A DNA stretch of 44,282 nt from a virus. Lineage: Duplodnaviria; Caudoviricetes. The stretch is taken from positions 1-44,282 of the IMG/VR virus record IMGVR_UViG_3300024222_000003. One strand, written 5' to 3'. A model generated the notes under the pieces. That model worked only from the letters and a program-made list of their open reading frames with translations. It was not told the DNA's origin and made no database searches. The stretch's first letter is position 1, and every line of letters begins with the position of its first letter. The position numbers and the translations under genes were made by a program. Shown in pieces: positions 1 to 8,740 of this stretch.

Positions 1-27
1 GGCTTCTGACTGATTCGGGGTAATTTC
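1..27 (+). repeat. Terminal direct repeat, left copy
   Basis: GGCTTCTGACTGATTCGGGGTAATTTC is identical to 44256-44282; most likely an assembly overlap of a circular or permuted genome. Confidence 0.95.
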
Positions 28-66
28 AGGGTTTTGAAAACGGCTGACCCCGCCAGCCCTTGACCC

Positions 67-936
67 CTAACGTACTGACGTGCTGTCGCCGACGACCCAG
101 TACAGCACGCGCGGCCCCGTCAGTCGCAAGTCGTCGACCATGTACTCGTGCGCTTTCGACTCATAGATCGGGTCGAGTCGAAACCCCGGCGCGACTGCGC
201 GACGCACCTCTCGCGCGTACGGGTAGCGCGTCAGCGCGTGGTACTCGAACGGCAGCCAGCCCGCGATCGCGTTGATCTCGCGCGTACGATCGTACCCCGC
301 GACCTGCAGCAGCACGACTCGACGAACGTGCGGGCAGTGCGCGCGCACCCCGAGCAGTATCCCCGCTGCAGTGATGCCCGCCCCGACCGGCACGACCACC
401 GTCTCGACCTCGCGCGGGATGTTGCGCGCTTGCTGCGACGTCGAGCCGAGTATCGCTGCAGAGTGGTCGCGCAGATTGATGCCAAACTTCACGTGGTAGG
501 CCGCGCCGTGGCAGCGCTGCCAGCTAGCGATCGCAGCAGTCAGGGACGTCTCGTATGCGACGCGCGCCGAGCAGTCGAGTGTCGTGTTGAAGCGCAGCGC
601 CGTGCGTAGCATGCGATGACGGTCGAGCGCCCCGCGCTGCGTCGTCGCGCCTATGAACAGCACCGTTCGAAGCCCGTACTCGTATGCGACTCGCGCAATG
701 ATGAGTCCTTGAGGAGAGTGCACACCCGTCGCCGTCAGCACGACCCCGTTCAGTCGTCGTCGAATATCGTCAGCGCTCGGGCCGAGTAGTTTGATTGCCT
801 GTCGCACCTTCCCGCCCGACAGCGGCACGTCGTCGAACGGAACGAACAGATCGTCGCGCTTGTAGTAAGTGCCGTCGTGCTGCTCGACGGGGGTCAGTTC
901 GTCGGGGTTAGTGATCACAGTTGCGAACTGTGGCAC
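67..936 (-). CDS. PLP-dependent enzyme, fold type II (ACC deaminase / D-cysteine desulfhydrase-like)
   Basis: KRDD..SGGKVRQ (Schiff-base Lys region), VPVGAGITAAG phosphate-binding loop and LDPIYESKA match this family. Confidence 0.85.
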   Translation of the reverse strand: MPQFATVITNPDELTPVEQHDGTYYKRDDLFVPFDDVPLSGGKVRQAIKLLGPSADDIRRRLNGVVLTATGVHSPQGLIIARVAYEYGLRTVLFIGATTQRGALDRHRMLRTALRFNTTLDCSARVAYETSLTAAIASWQRCHGAAYHVKFGINLRDHSAAILGSTSQQARNIPREVETVVVPVGAGITAAGILLGVRAHCPHVRRVVLLQVAGYDRTREINAIAGWLPFEYHALTRYPYAREVRRAVAPGFRLDPIYESKAHEYMVDDLRLTGPRVLYWVVGDSTSVR

Positions 937-949
937 ATGGATAGTTCAC

Positions 950-2413
950 ATGCCCGAGCAGCGTTCAACGTCAACACGAGCGCGCAAGCGTTCGTCAGCA
1001 TCCACCCCCGCGCCCGCGCCCGCACCCGAGCGAGACCCGTCGACTGACGCAGCAGTCTGGATGAGTCCCGACTTGCTGCAGCCGTGGGCCGACAACCCGC
1101 GCGACAACCACGACTCGGTTGCGCGCGTCGTCGCGAGCATCAAGCGGTTCGGGTTCGGCGCGCCGATCGTCGCGCGTCGCGAGAACCTCGAGATCATAGC
1201 GGGGCACACTCGATGGTTCGCAGCGCGTCAGCTGCAGCTCGTCAGCGTGCCCGTGCGCCTGCTCGACATCTCCGAGTACGAGGCGCATCTGCTCGCGCTC
1301 ACCGACAATCGACTGACCGAGCGCACCGAGTGGAGCGACAAGCTGCCCGAGCTGCTCGCGCGCTACGAGCTGTCAGACGTGCAGCTCGCAGGCTGGGACG
1401 ATCTGCCGATGCTGTCGCTCGCAGGCAGCGGCGCCGATGGCGAGCTCGGCGAGTCGACTGAACGCTCGCTCGCGTTCGACGTCTTCCCAGTCGCAATGAT
1501 CGCCGACGCGCAGGTCGAGTCGATGCTGAACGTGACACATGACGCTTACGCGCTGACGACTGGGGATGTGATGGTCGAGCTCAACCGCTGCGCGGCCGGC
1601 GGCAAGCCGCTGGTGGGCTGCGCTGACCGATGGTTCCCGCATCGCTATGACGTGCTCGCTGGCCAGTCGAAGCACACGCCCAACGATACGCTGCGCGATG
1701 CTGTCGCGCTGCGCGGGGTCGTCGAGATGTGCGCCAAGGTCGGGCGAGCGCCGAACTCAAGCGCGATCCTGAACGCGTCGCAGCTCTACCACGGGCGACA
1801 AGGCGCTCGACAGTTCCCGATACACGTCGCCCGCGATGTGTATGCGCGCTACTCGAGACAGAACGCGGCCGTGCTCGACCCGTGCGCCGGCTGGGGCGGG
1901 CGACTGCTCGGCTGGCTCTGCGCTCGCCAGGGCGGCACTTACTACGGGGTCGATGCGAGCTCGCAGACCGTCTCGTCATTCGGGCGCATGATTGGCGACC
2001 TCAACATTCACAACGCGACCATCGAGCACAGCGCTTTCGAGGACATCGAGTTCGAGCCCAACACGTTCGACTTCGCGTTCACGTCGCCGCCCTACTTCAA
2101 CGTCGAGCGCTACTCGGCCGACGCCGAGCAGTCGTGCGTGCGCTATCTCGATTACGACTCGTGGCGGCTGGGCTTCCTCGAGCCGCTCGTTCGACTCACT
2201 CTCCGTGCCCTGCGCCCCGGCTGCGCGTTCGCGCTGAACGTTAGCGACGCTCGCGAGAACCAGATCGCACGAGATGCGACAGCGATCGCTCGCGAGCTCG
2301 GCGCTGACATCGAACTGTCAGCCAAGATCGACGTCGGCGGCGGCGCGCCCGCTGGCAACATGGGCATGGTCGGCACAAAAGAAGATCTCATCCTGATGCG
2401 CAAACGGACATAA
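950..2413 (+). CDS. ParB/Srx N-terminal domain fused to an amino-(N4C/N6A) DNA methyltransferase-like domain
   Basis: NPRDN..SIKRFGF..PIV..IIAGHTR..DNR (ParB/Srx); VLDPCAGWGGRLLG (SAM binding) followed by FTSPPYF (catalytic motif IV). ATG950 chosen to avoid overlap with the divergent gene. Confidence 0.85.
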   Translation: MPEQRSTSTRARKRSSASTPAPAPAPERDPSTDAAVWMSPDLLQPWADNPRDNHDSVARVVASIKRFGFGAPIVARRENLEIIAGHTRWFAARQLQLVSVPVRLLDISEYEAHLLALTDNRLTERTEWSDKLPELLARYELSDVQLAGWDDLPMLSLAGSGADGELGESTERSLAFDVFPVAMIADAQVESMLNVTHDAYALTTGDVMVELNRCAAGGKPLVGCADRWFPHRYDVLAGQSKHTPNDTLRDAVALRGVVEMCAKVGRAPNSSAILNASQLYHGRQGARQFPIHVARDVYARYSRQNAAVLDPCAGWGGRLLGWLCARQGGTYYGVDASSQTVSSFGRMIGDLNIHNATIEHSAFEDIEFEPNTFDFAFTSPPYFNVERYSADAEQSCVRYLDYDSWRLGFLEPLVRLTLRALRPGCAFALNVSDARENQIARDATAIARELGADIELSAKIDVGGGAPAGNMGMVGTKEDLILMRKRT

Positions 2414-2417
2414 CAAG

Positions 2418-2843
2418 ATGAGACAGCGACGCAAGGCCAGCACACGCAGCGAGCTTACGCCCGAGATACACGCGAGCGTAGTCGCTGCGCTTCGAATGGG
2501 CGCATTCAAAAAACACGCAGCGCTGTCGAGCGGCATACCAGCGAGCACACTCGACTACTGGATAGCCGAGGGCAACCGGGGCAACGCGCCGTACGTCGCG
2601 TTCGCGACTGACTGCGAGCGCGCGATCGCTGAGGACGCAATGCGCAATCAGTCGATCATTACGCGCGCGAGCATGGGCAAAGTCGAAGGCGACTGGCGCG
2701 CTGCAGCGTGGAACCTCGAGAAGAAACATCCGAAGCTGTACGGGCGCATGGCCGAGCAGGCGAAGAAGGACGACGAGCGCGAGCGGCCATTCAGCCCCTG
2801 GAAGGTGATCGATGCCCCAGATGCGTTATCCAAACACAACTGA
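2418..2843 (+). CDS. Putative terminase small subunit
   Basis: N-terminal HTH-like segment (AALSSGIPASTLDYW) and DWRAAAWNLEKKHP motif seen in TerS-like proteins; lies upstream of TerL. Confidence 0.65.
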   Translation: MRQRRKASTRSELTPEIHASVVAALRMGAFKKHAALSSGIPASTLDYWIAEGNRGNAPYVAFATDCERAIAEDAMRNQSIITRASMGKVEGDWRAAAWNLEKKHPKLYGRMAEQAKKDDERERPFSPWKVIDAPDALSKHN

Positions 2844-3399
2844 GATCACGCCGATCATCCGCAGCGAAGGCCAGCGCATGTTTCTACATGTCGAGGGTTC
2901 ACTCGACGCGATAGCGCGCGAAGTCGGCGCGAAGGGAAAGCAGAGCATCAGCGAGTGGCGCTCGGGCCGTAAGATCCCGTCCATCGAGATGCGCGCGCGC
3001 ATTCAGTCAGCATTCGGCATACCCGCCGGCGCGTGGTCGAAGCGCCCTGCCGGCGCTGACGGCGTCGAAGCGACGAGCGTGCAGACACAAGAGGCCGAGG
3101 CACTGCCCAGCACGCTCGACGACTGTCTCGCGCTGCTCGCAGTCATTCGACGCGACCGCAAGCAGGACGGCCTACTCGCAGCAGAGCGCGTCAAACTGTC
3201 AGACGCGGAGGCGCGAATACTCGCACTGCGCGCGCGACTCGAGTCAGCGCACGAGCTCGCCGAAGATCGCTATGTGCGCGACCACCCCGCGTGGAAGCGC
3301 ATCGAGCGTCTACTCGCTGAGGCGCTCGAACCGTTCCCCGAGGCCGCGAAGGCCGTACACGCTGCACTGCTGCGCGCGCTGCGTGAGGTCGAACAGTGA
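2812..3399 (+). CDS. XRE-type HTH protein with helical C-terminus
   Basis: LDAIAREVG..QSISEWRSGRKIPS HTH pattern; stop overlaps the TerL start (GTGA). Confidence 0.65.
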   Translation: MPQMRYPNTTEITPIIRSEGQRMFLHVEGSLDAIAREVGAKGKQSISEWRSGRKIPSIEMRARIQSAFGIPAGAWSKRPAGADGVEATSVQTQEAEALPSTLDDCLALLAVIRRDRKQDGLLAAERVKLSDAEARILALRARLESAHELAEDRYVRDHPAWKRIERLLAEALEPFPEAAKAVHAALLRALREVEQ

Positions 3400-5057
3400 C
3401 CACATCGATCGCTGCAGAGGTCGAGGTCCGCCGCGGTCGACGCAGCGAGCCCGCGCGACTGTCGATGCTCGGCGCTTTGTTCGGCGTCGTCGCGCTCGTT
3501 CTCGAGCGCACGCTGCACATACGCTTCCCTGACCCCAAGTATCAGGCAGCGCCGATCGCGTTCGCGAACGACGTGCTCGGGGTCGACCCGTGGTCGCGAC
3601 AGGCCGAGATACTCGAGGCTGTGCGCGACTACGATCGCGTCGCCATCGCGTCAGGTCACAAGGTCGGCAAGAGTCACAGCGCGGCCATCATCGCGCTGTG
3701 GTTCTATTGCTCGTATCCAGACGCGCGGGTTGTGATGACGTCGACCACGAGTCGTCAGGTCGACCAGATACTTTGGCGCGAGCTGCGCATGATGCGCGCG
3801 CGCGGCGGGCGCTGCGTCGCTTGCAAAGCGCGCGACCCCGAGGCGCTACTGATACCCCGACCGTGCGACCACTCGACGCTCATCGAAGGCGAGATGGGCG
3901 AGCTGGCGCGTACGGGTCTCAAGTCGCAGGACTTCCGCGAGATCGTCGGTTTCACTGCGCGCGAGGCCGAGGCCGTCGCAGGCATCTCGGGCCGGCACTT
4001 GCTGTACATCGCAGACGAGGCGAGCGGCATCGGCGACGACATATTCGAAGCCATCGAAGGCAACCGCGGCGGCGGCGCCAAGCTCGTGCTGCTGGGCAAT
4101 CCCACGCGCAACGAAGGCACGTTCTATGAAGCTTTCACGAGCAAGCGTCATCTGTACAAGACACTACGCGTCAGCAGCGAGGAGTCGCCGAACGTAGTCG
4201 AAGGTCGCGCAGTGATCCCCGGCCTCGCAACGCGCGAGTGGATAGACGAGAAGCGCATCGAATGGGGCGCTGACAGCGCGCTGTACAAGGTGCGTGTGCT
4301 GGGTCAGCACGCCGAGCACGAGGACGCGAAGATATTCAGCGTTCACGCGATCGCGATGGCCGAGCAGCGATGGTCGACGACGCCCGCCGAGGGCCGGCTG
4401 TTTATCGGTCTCGACCCCGCGGGCGAGTCGGGCATGGGCGACGACACGTGCTTCGCAGCGCGCCGCGGGCTGAAACATCTAACACTGCGCATGCAGCGCG
4501 GTCTAAACGACGACGCGCATCTCGCGCATCTGCTGCTGCTTATCGGTGAGCTGAAACTGCCGCGCGAGACGCCTGTCGTCGTGCTCGACCGTGAGGGCGC
4601 GATCGGCTCGAGCCTGTTCGGGCGACTGCGCTCGTATCTCGAGACACACGGCAACGAGTTCGAGCTCGTCGCAGTGCGAGCGTCAGACCGCGCGCAGCGT
4701 AAGCCGATCGTGTACGACCGCATGCGCGACGAGCTCGCTGCGAATCTCGACCAGTGGTTCCGTGACGGCGGCGCGATACTCGAGGACGTGCGACTCGCGA
4801 ACGAGCTGCACGCACTCGAGTGGAAGCAAGCGATCAACGGCCGACTGAAACTCACGCCGAAGGACGTGCTGCGCAAAGCGCTCGGGCGCTCGCCCGACCG
4901 ATACGACGCGCTCGCCCTCAGCGTGTGGGAACCGCTGTCGCTGCAGGACGACCTCACCCCCGCCGCATCTGCAGCTGCTGCAGGCGAGGACTCGGGCGGC
5001 TACGCCGAGCAGACACTCGACCCTTACGCAGCGGGCAACATATGGCGCGGACGCTGA
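3396..5057 (+). CDS. terL: Terminase large subunit
   Basis: Walker A SGHKVGKS, Walker B YIADEASG, coupling motif LLGNP, nuclease motifs IGLDPAG..GDD and SPDRYDA. Confidence 0.93.
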   Translation: MTTSIAAEVEVRRGRRSEPARLSMLGALFGVVALVLERTLHIRFPDPKYQAAPIAFANDVLGVDPWSRQAEILEAVRDYDRVAIASGHKVGKSHSAAIIALWFYCSYPDARVVMTSTTSRQVDQILWRELRMMRARGGRCVACKARDPEALLIPRPCDHSTLIEGEMGELARTGLKSQDFREIVGFTAREAEAVAGISGRHLLYIADEASGIGDDIFEAIEGNRGGGAKLVLLGNPTRNEGTFYEAFTSKRHLYKTLRVSSEESPNVVEGRAVIPGLATREWIDEKRIEWGADSALYKVRVLGQHAEHEDAKIFSVHAIAMAEQRWSTTPAEGRLFIGLDPAGESGMGDDTCFAARRGLKHLTLRMQRGLNDDAHLAHLLLLIGELKLPRETPVVVLDREGAIGSSLFGRLRSYLETHGNEFELVAVRASDRAQRKPIVYDRMRDELAANLDQWFRDGGAILEDVRLANELHALEWKQAINGRLKLTPKDVLRKALGRSPDRYDALALSVWEPLSLQDDLTPAASAAAAGEDSGGYAEQTLDPYAAGNIWRGR

Positions 5058-5260
5058 CACGTGGGCACAGGCTGCTTAGGCTGCTCGTACTGCGCACGCA
5101 GGCGCAGGAAGTCGCTGCGCGCTGCAGAGTGTCACCGTCGCGTGTATCTGAATGGTTGACGGGGATGTGCAGCCCGTCAGAACGCGCGCGCGTCGTGCTG
5201 CGCGAGTGCTACGGCATCGACCCGGCCTGCTTTGACGAGCGCAGCGTTCGTCGACGCTGA
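5042..5260 (+). CDS. Small XRE-type HTH protein (72 aa)
   Basis: ATG5042 within ORF 4820-5260; QEVAARCRVSPSRVSEWLTG HTH; fills the TerL-portal gap. Confidence 0.65.
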   Translation: MARTLTRGHRLLRLLVLRTQAQEVAARCRVSPSRVSEWLTGMCSPSERARVVLRECYGIDPACFDERSVRRR

Positions 5261-5275
5261 CGCTATGACTTCCGT

Positions 5276-6940
5276 GTGTCGCTGCGTTGCGCGTGGCTGA
5301 CTGCGCTCGTGGCACTGCTCGACACCATCACCAGCGCGTTGCTGGGGCGCAGCATCTATGCGCCCGAGCGACCGCCGGACAACGGCAACGAGACAACGCT
5401 CGACAGCCCGAGCATCGTCGACATGCGCCGTCAAATGGGCGGGCAGCTGCAGATGCCGCCGTGGACGCAGTCTCGGTGGTATCTCGCCGATCTCGAGACA
5501 GCCGAACACTGCGCTGACTCGGGCGATCTGCGCATGGCCGGCCGCTTGATGAGCGCTGCGCGTCGCGACGGCATCATGGCCGGTGTTTTGTCGACTCGCA
5601 CAGGCGGCATGGTTCGACTGCCGCGACTGTTCAAGGGCGACGAGGAGATCGTGAAAGATCTCGACGTCGGTCACGGCAGCGTGCGCAGCGTGTTCGACGA
5701 GCTGCTGCCGCCCAGCGAGCTCGAACTGCTCGCAGCTGACGGCGTGCTGCTCGGGGTCGGCGTCGGCGAGCTCGTGCCCGTCAAGGGTCGCGACTACCCC
5801 GTGTTAGTGCGCTTGTCGCCCGAGGCGCTTCAATACATTTGGAGCGAGAACCGCTGGTACTTCATGAGCGCGCTCGGGCGCATCGCGATCACCCCAGGTG
5901 ACGGGCGATGGGTGCTGCACACGCCCGGCGGGCGCTATGCGCCGTGGTCGGGCACGTCGCTGTGGCGTTGCATCGGCCGCGCATACATTCGCAAGGAGCA
6001 CGCGAACCTTCACAAAGACAACTGGGAGGCGAAGCTCGCGAACCCCGCACGAGTCGCAGTCGCACCGCAGGGCGCGACCGAAGCGCAGAAGGAAGGCTTT
6101 TTCCAACGCATCATGGCGTGGGGGATAAACAGCGTTTTCGGCATGACGCCGGGGTACGACGTCAAGCTTATCGAGTCGAACGGCCGCGGCGCTGACTCGT
6201 TCGAGAAAACGATCGCAGCACAGAACGACGAGATGATTGTGTCCATCGCTGGGCAGCGAGTGACGACTGACGGCGGAGCGGGCTTCCAGAACAGCGACAT
6301 TCACAAGACCATCCGCGCCGATCTCATACAGTCAACTGCTGACAGTCTCGCGTACACAATCAATACGCAGTGCTTGCCCGTGTTCATTGCGCAGCGCTAC
6401 GGCGAGGCTGCGATTCTGCGTCGGCCCGTGGTGATGGAGTACGACGTCACCCCGCCGAAAGATCGTAACTCTGAGGCGCAGTCACTCGTCACGGTGGGCA
6501 ATGCGATTCAGCAGCTGACAGCGGCGCTGTCGGCCGCGGGGCGTACGCTCGACGTCGACGCGCTGTGCGAGCGCTTTGTCATCCCGACGACGCAGATCGA
6601 GGAAGTCGCACTCACTGGCGACGCGCCGAACCTGCGACTCGTTGGCGGTACTGACGTCGATGGCCCAGGCGACACAACTGCACCCCCGACCGAGGCCGGC
6701 GAATCTGCAGCTGACAACGCGCTGAACGGCGCGCAGGTCACGTCGCTCGTCGACATCGTTGTGCAGGTCGCAGGCGGCCAGCTGCCGCGCGATGCTGCAG
6801 TGTCCATCATCAAGCGCGCGTTCCTGGTCGACGAGACCGAAGCGAACGAGATGCTCGGCAGCGCCGGGCAAGGCTTCACACCTACGTCGAGCGGGAACGC
6901 GCCCACCCCCAAGCCCGCACCCGGTGAGGTCGCAGCATGA
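5276..6940 (+). CDS. Portal protein (Mu gp29-like)
   Basis: 554 aa between TerL and the protease; C-terminal LNGAQVTSL helical extension; family assigned from position and recalled similarity. Confidence 0.8.
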   Translation: MSLRCAWLTALVALLDTITSALLGRSIYAPERPPDNGNETTLDSPSIVDMRRQMGGQLQMPPWTQSRWYLADLETAEHCADSGDLRMAGRLMSAARRDGIMAGVLSTRTGGMVRLPRLFKGDEEIVKDLDVGHGSVRSVFDELLPPSELELLAADGVLLGVGVGELVPVKGRDYPVLVRLSPEALQYIWSENRWYFMSALGRIAITPGDGRWVLHTPGGRYAPWSGTSLWRCIGRAYIRKEHANLHKDNWEAKLANPARVAVAPQGATEAQKEGFFQRIMAWGINSVFGMTPGYDVKLIESNGRGADSFEKTIAAQNDEMIVSIAGQRVTTDGGAGFQNSDIHKTIRADLIQSTADSLAYTINTQCLPVFIAQRYGEAAILRRPVVMEYDVTPPKDRNSEAQSLVTVGNAIQQLTAALSAAGRTLDVDALCERFVIPTTQIEEVALTGDAPNLRLVGGTDVDGPGDTTAPPTEAGESAADNALNGAQVTSLVDIVVQVAGGQLPRDAAVSIIKRAFLVDETEANEMLGSAGQGFTPTSSGNAPTPKPAPGEVAA

Positions 6941-8316
6941 GCGGTCGCAGGTCCAGCGCGATGCGCCGCTTCGACAAGCGCGGCGCGCTCGCCATCGAAG
7001 CGAGCGCACTGCTCGATTCATTCTTTGTCGACGAGGACGCGACCCCGAACCGAGTCGTCGGCAACGCGACCATCATCGAGATCTGCGGGCCGCTCGAACA
7101 GCACCGGCACTCGTGGTGGGACTCGTACGAAGCGATCGCCGAGCGCGTTGCTGCTGCGTGTCTCGACGCCCCGTCGACGATCGCGCTGCACATCTCGAGC
7201 CCCGGCGGTGACGCTGCTGGCTGCTGCGAGCTCGCGCGTCAGCTGCGCGCGATGGCTGCTGCGCATCAAAAGCGCTTGATTGCGTACGTCGACGAACGAG
7301 CGTGCTCTGCTGCGTACGCGATAGCGTGTGCGGCTGAACGAATCTTTGCGGCTGACACTGCGCTCGTCGGCAGCATCGGCATACTCGCAACGCGCGTCGA
7401 CGTATCTGCACGCAACACAGCCGAGGGGCTGCGCGTGTTGTTCGTCGCATCGGGTGCACGCAAGGCCGACGGCAACCCCGAGCTGCCTGTGTCTGACGCT
7501 GAGATCGAATCGCAGCAGCGCATCGTCGACGGGCTCGCGATCGTACTGTTCGAGCTCGTTCGCGAGCTGCGCGGGCTCGAGGCCGAGCCACTACAGGCCG
7601 CTGTGTTCTGCGCGCGCGATGCGCTCGCGCAGGGACTCATCGATGAGATCGCGACGCTGCCTGTAGCGCTCGCGACGCAACGCATGGAGACACCTATGGA
7701 CGAGGAAACGGACGACAAGAAGGACGACATGGGAGCGTTGCGCGCGAAGCTCGCGAAGCTCGCAGAGTCTGACACTCCCGAGGGCCGCAAAGCGAAGCGC
7801 GCGCTCGCAGCGCTCGACGCTGAGGACGAGCCAGCCGCTGAGGGCGACGAGGAGGCCGAGCCGGCCGCGGAGGACGACCCGAAGAAGGAGGCCGCTCGCG
7901 CGTATACGATGGCCGCTCGCGCGAACGCTGCAGTTCACAAGCTGCGCGCCGAGGTCGCAGCCGAGCGCCTTTCGAGCGAGCGCGCGCAGCTGCTCGCGAC
8001 GCGTCCCGACTTCGACGCTGACTTCCTCAAGACACTGGCCCGCGCGCCGCTCGACGTCGTGCGCGAGCTCGTCAAGAGCACGCCACGGTTCAAGCCCGAC
8101 GCTGGCGCGAGCGCAGCACTCGCAGCGCAGCAAGTCGGATTCACGCGCGGCGACGAGACGCAGCAGCCCGTCAACCAGTCGTCGGCTGATGTGATCGCGC
8201 TGCTCGACCGCGAGATGGGTCTGATGACCGCGGTCACGGGCGTCGTCGAGACACCCTACAAGATGCAGCTCGGGGCCACTGTGCCTCGCTCGCAGCTGCA
8301 GAAAGGCGGCAAGTAA
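6937..8316 (+). CDS. S49 prohead protease fused to scaffold
   Basis: ISSPGG, ACSAAYAIA (catalytic Ser), VGSIG and SGARK (Lys) motifs; acidic, coiled-coil C-terminal half. Confidence 0.9.
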   Translation: MSGRRSSAMRRFDKRGALAIEASALLDSFFVDEDATPNRVVGNATIIEICGPLEQHRHSWWDSYEAIAERVAAACLDAPSTIALHISSPGGDAAGCCELARQLRAMAAAHQKRLIAYVDERACSAAYAIACAAERIFAADTALVGSIGILATRVDVSARNTAEGLRVLFVASGARKADGNPELPVSDAEIESQQRIVDGLAIVLFELVRELRGLEAEPLQAAVFCARDALAQGLIDEIATLPVALATQRMETPMDEETDDKKDDMGALRAKLAKLAESDTPEGRKAKRALAALDAEDEPAAEGDEEAEPAAEDDPKKEAARAYTMAARANAAVHKLRAEVAAERLSSERAQLLATRPDFDADFLKTLARAPLDVVRELVKSTPRFKPDAGASAALAAQQVGFTRGDETQQPVNQSSADVIALLDREMGLMTAVTGVVETPYKMQLGATVPRSQLQKGGK

Positions 8317-8318
8317 AC

Positions 8319-8729
8319 ATGGAGCGCATGGTCGACCGCGCAGCGTGGGGGTGGCACGACTTCGTGTTGAAGTCGGGCGTCCTCGCCGAGCGCGGCAAGC
8401 TCGCTTGCATCGATACTGCCGACGGCAGCATCACCAAGGGCGCGTTGTCTGCAACGCTCGTCCCGCTGGGTCTGTTCACTGAGACGCTGACCGGCGACGG
8501 CGTCAAGACAGTGCAGGTTCGCATGTTCCACGAGGTCTCGGCCTTCTGGTGGAACAACGACACTGCGGGCACGCCGCTGACAGCGGCCAGCGTCGGCAAG
8601 CTCGCATACATCAAGGACGATCAAACTGTCAGCGCCGTCTCGACGGGCGCATCGGCAGCGGGCCTCGTTCTGCAAGTCGACGCTCTCAAGGGCGTTCTCG
8701 TCTACTCCTCTTACCCGTTCAAGGCGTGA
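8319..8729 (+). CDS. Head decoration / cement protein
   Basis: 136 aa beta-rich protein between scaffold and capsid; VGKLAYIKDDQTV motif typical of this slot. Confidence 0.65.
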   Translation: MERMVDRAAWGWHDFVLKSGVLAERGKLACIDTADGSITKGALSATLVPLGLFTETLTGDGVKTVQVRMFHEVSAFWWNNDTAGTPLTAASVGKLAYIKDDQTVSAVSTGASAAGLVLQVDALKGVLVYSSYPFKA

Positions 8730-8740
8730 GGAACTGAGCC

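Noticed and set aside
1-27. 27-bp terminal repeat as a biological DTR or att core
   Set aside because: Short, exact and far from the integrase; best explained as a k-mer overlap from circular assembly.
67-936. Auxiliary metabolic ACC deaminase (acdS) call
   Set aside because: Only fold-level motifs match (GGKVRQ rather than GNKxRK); substrate cannot be assigned, and context favours DNA modification.
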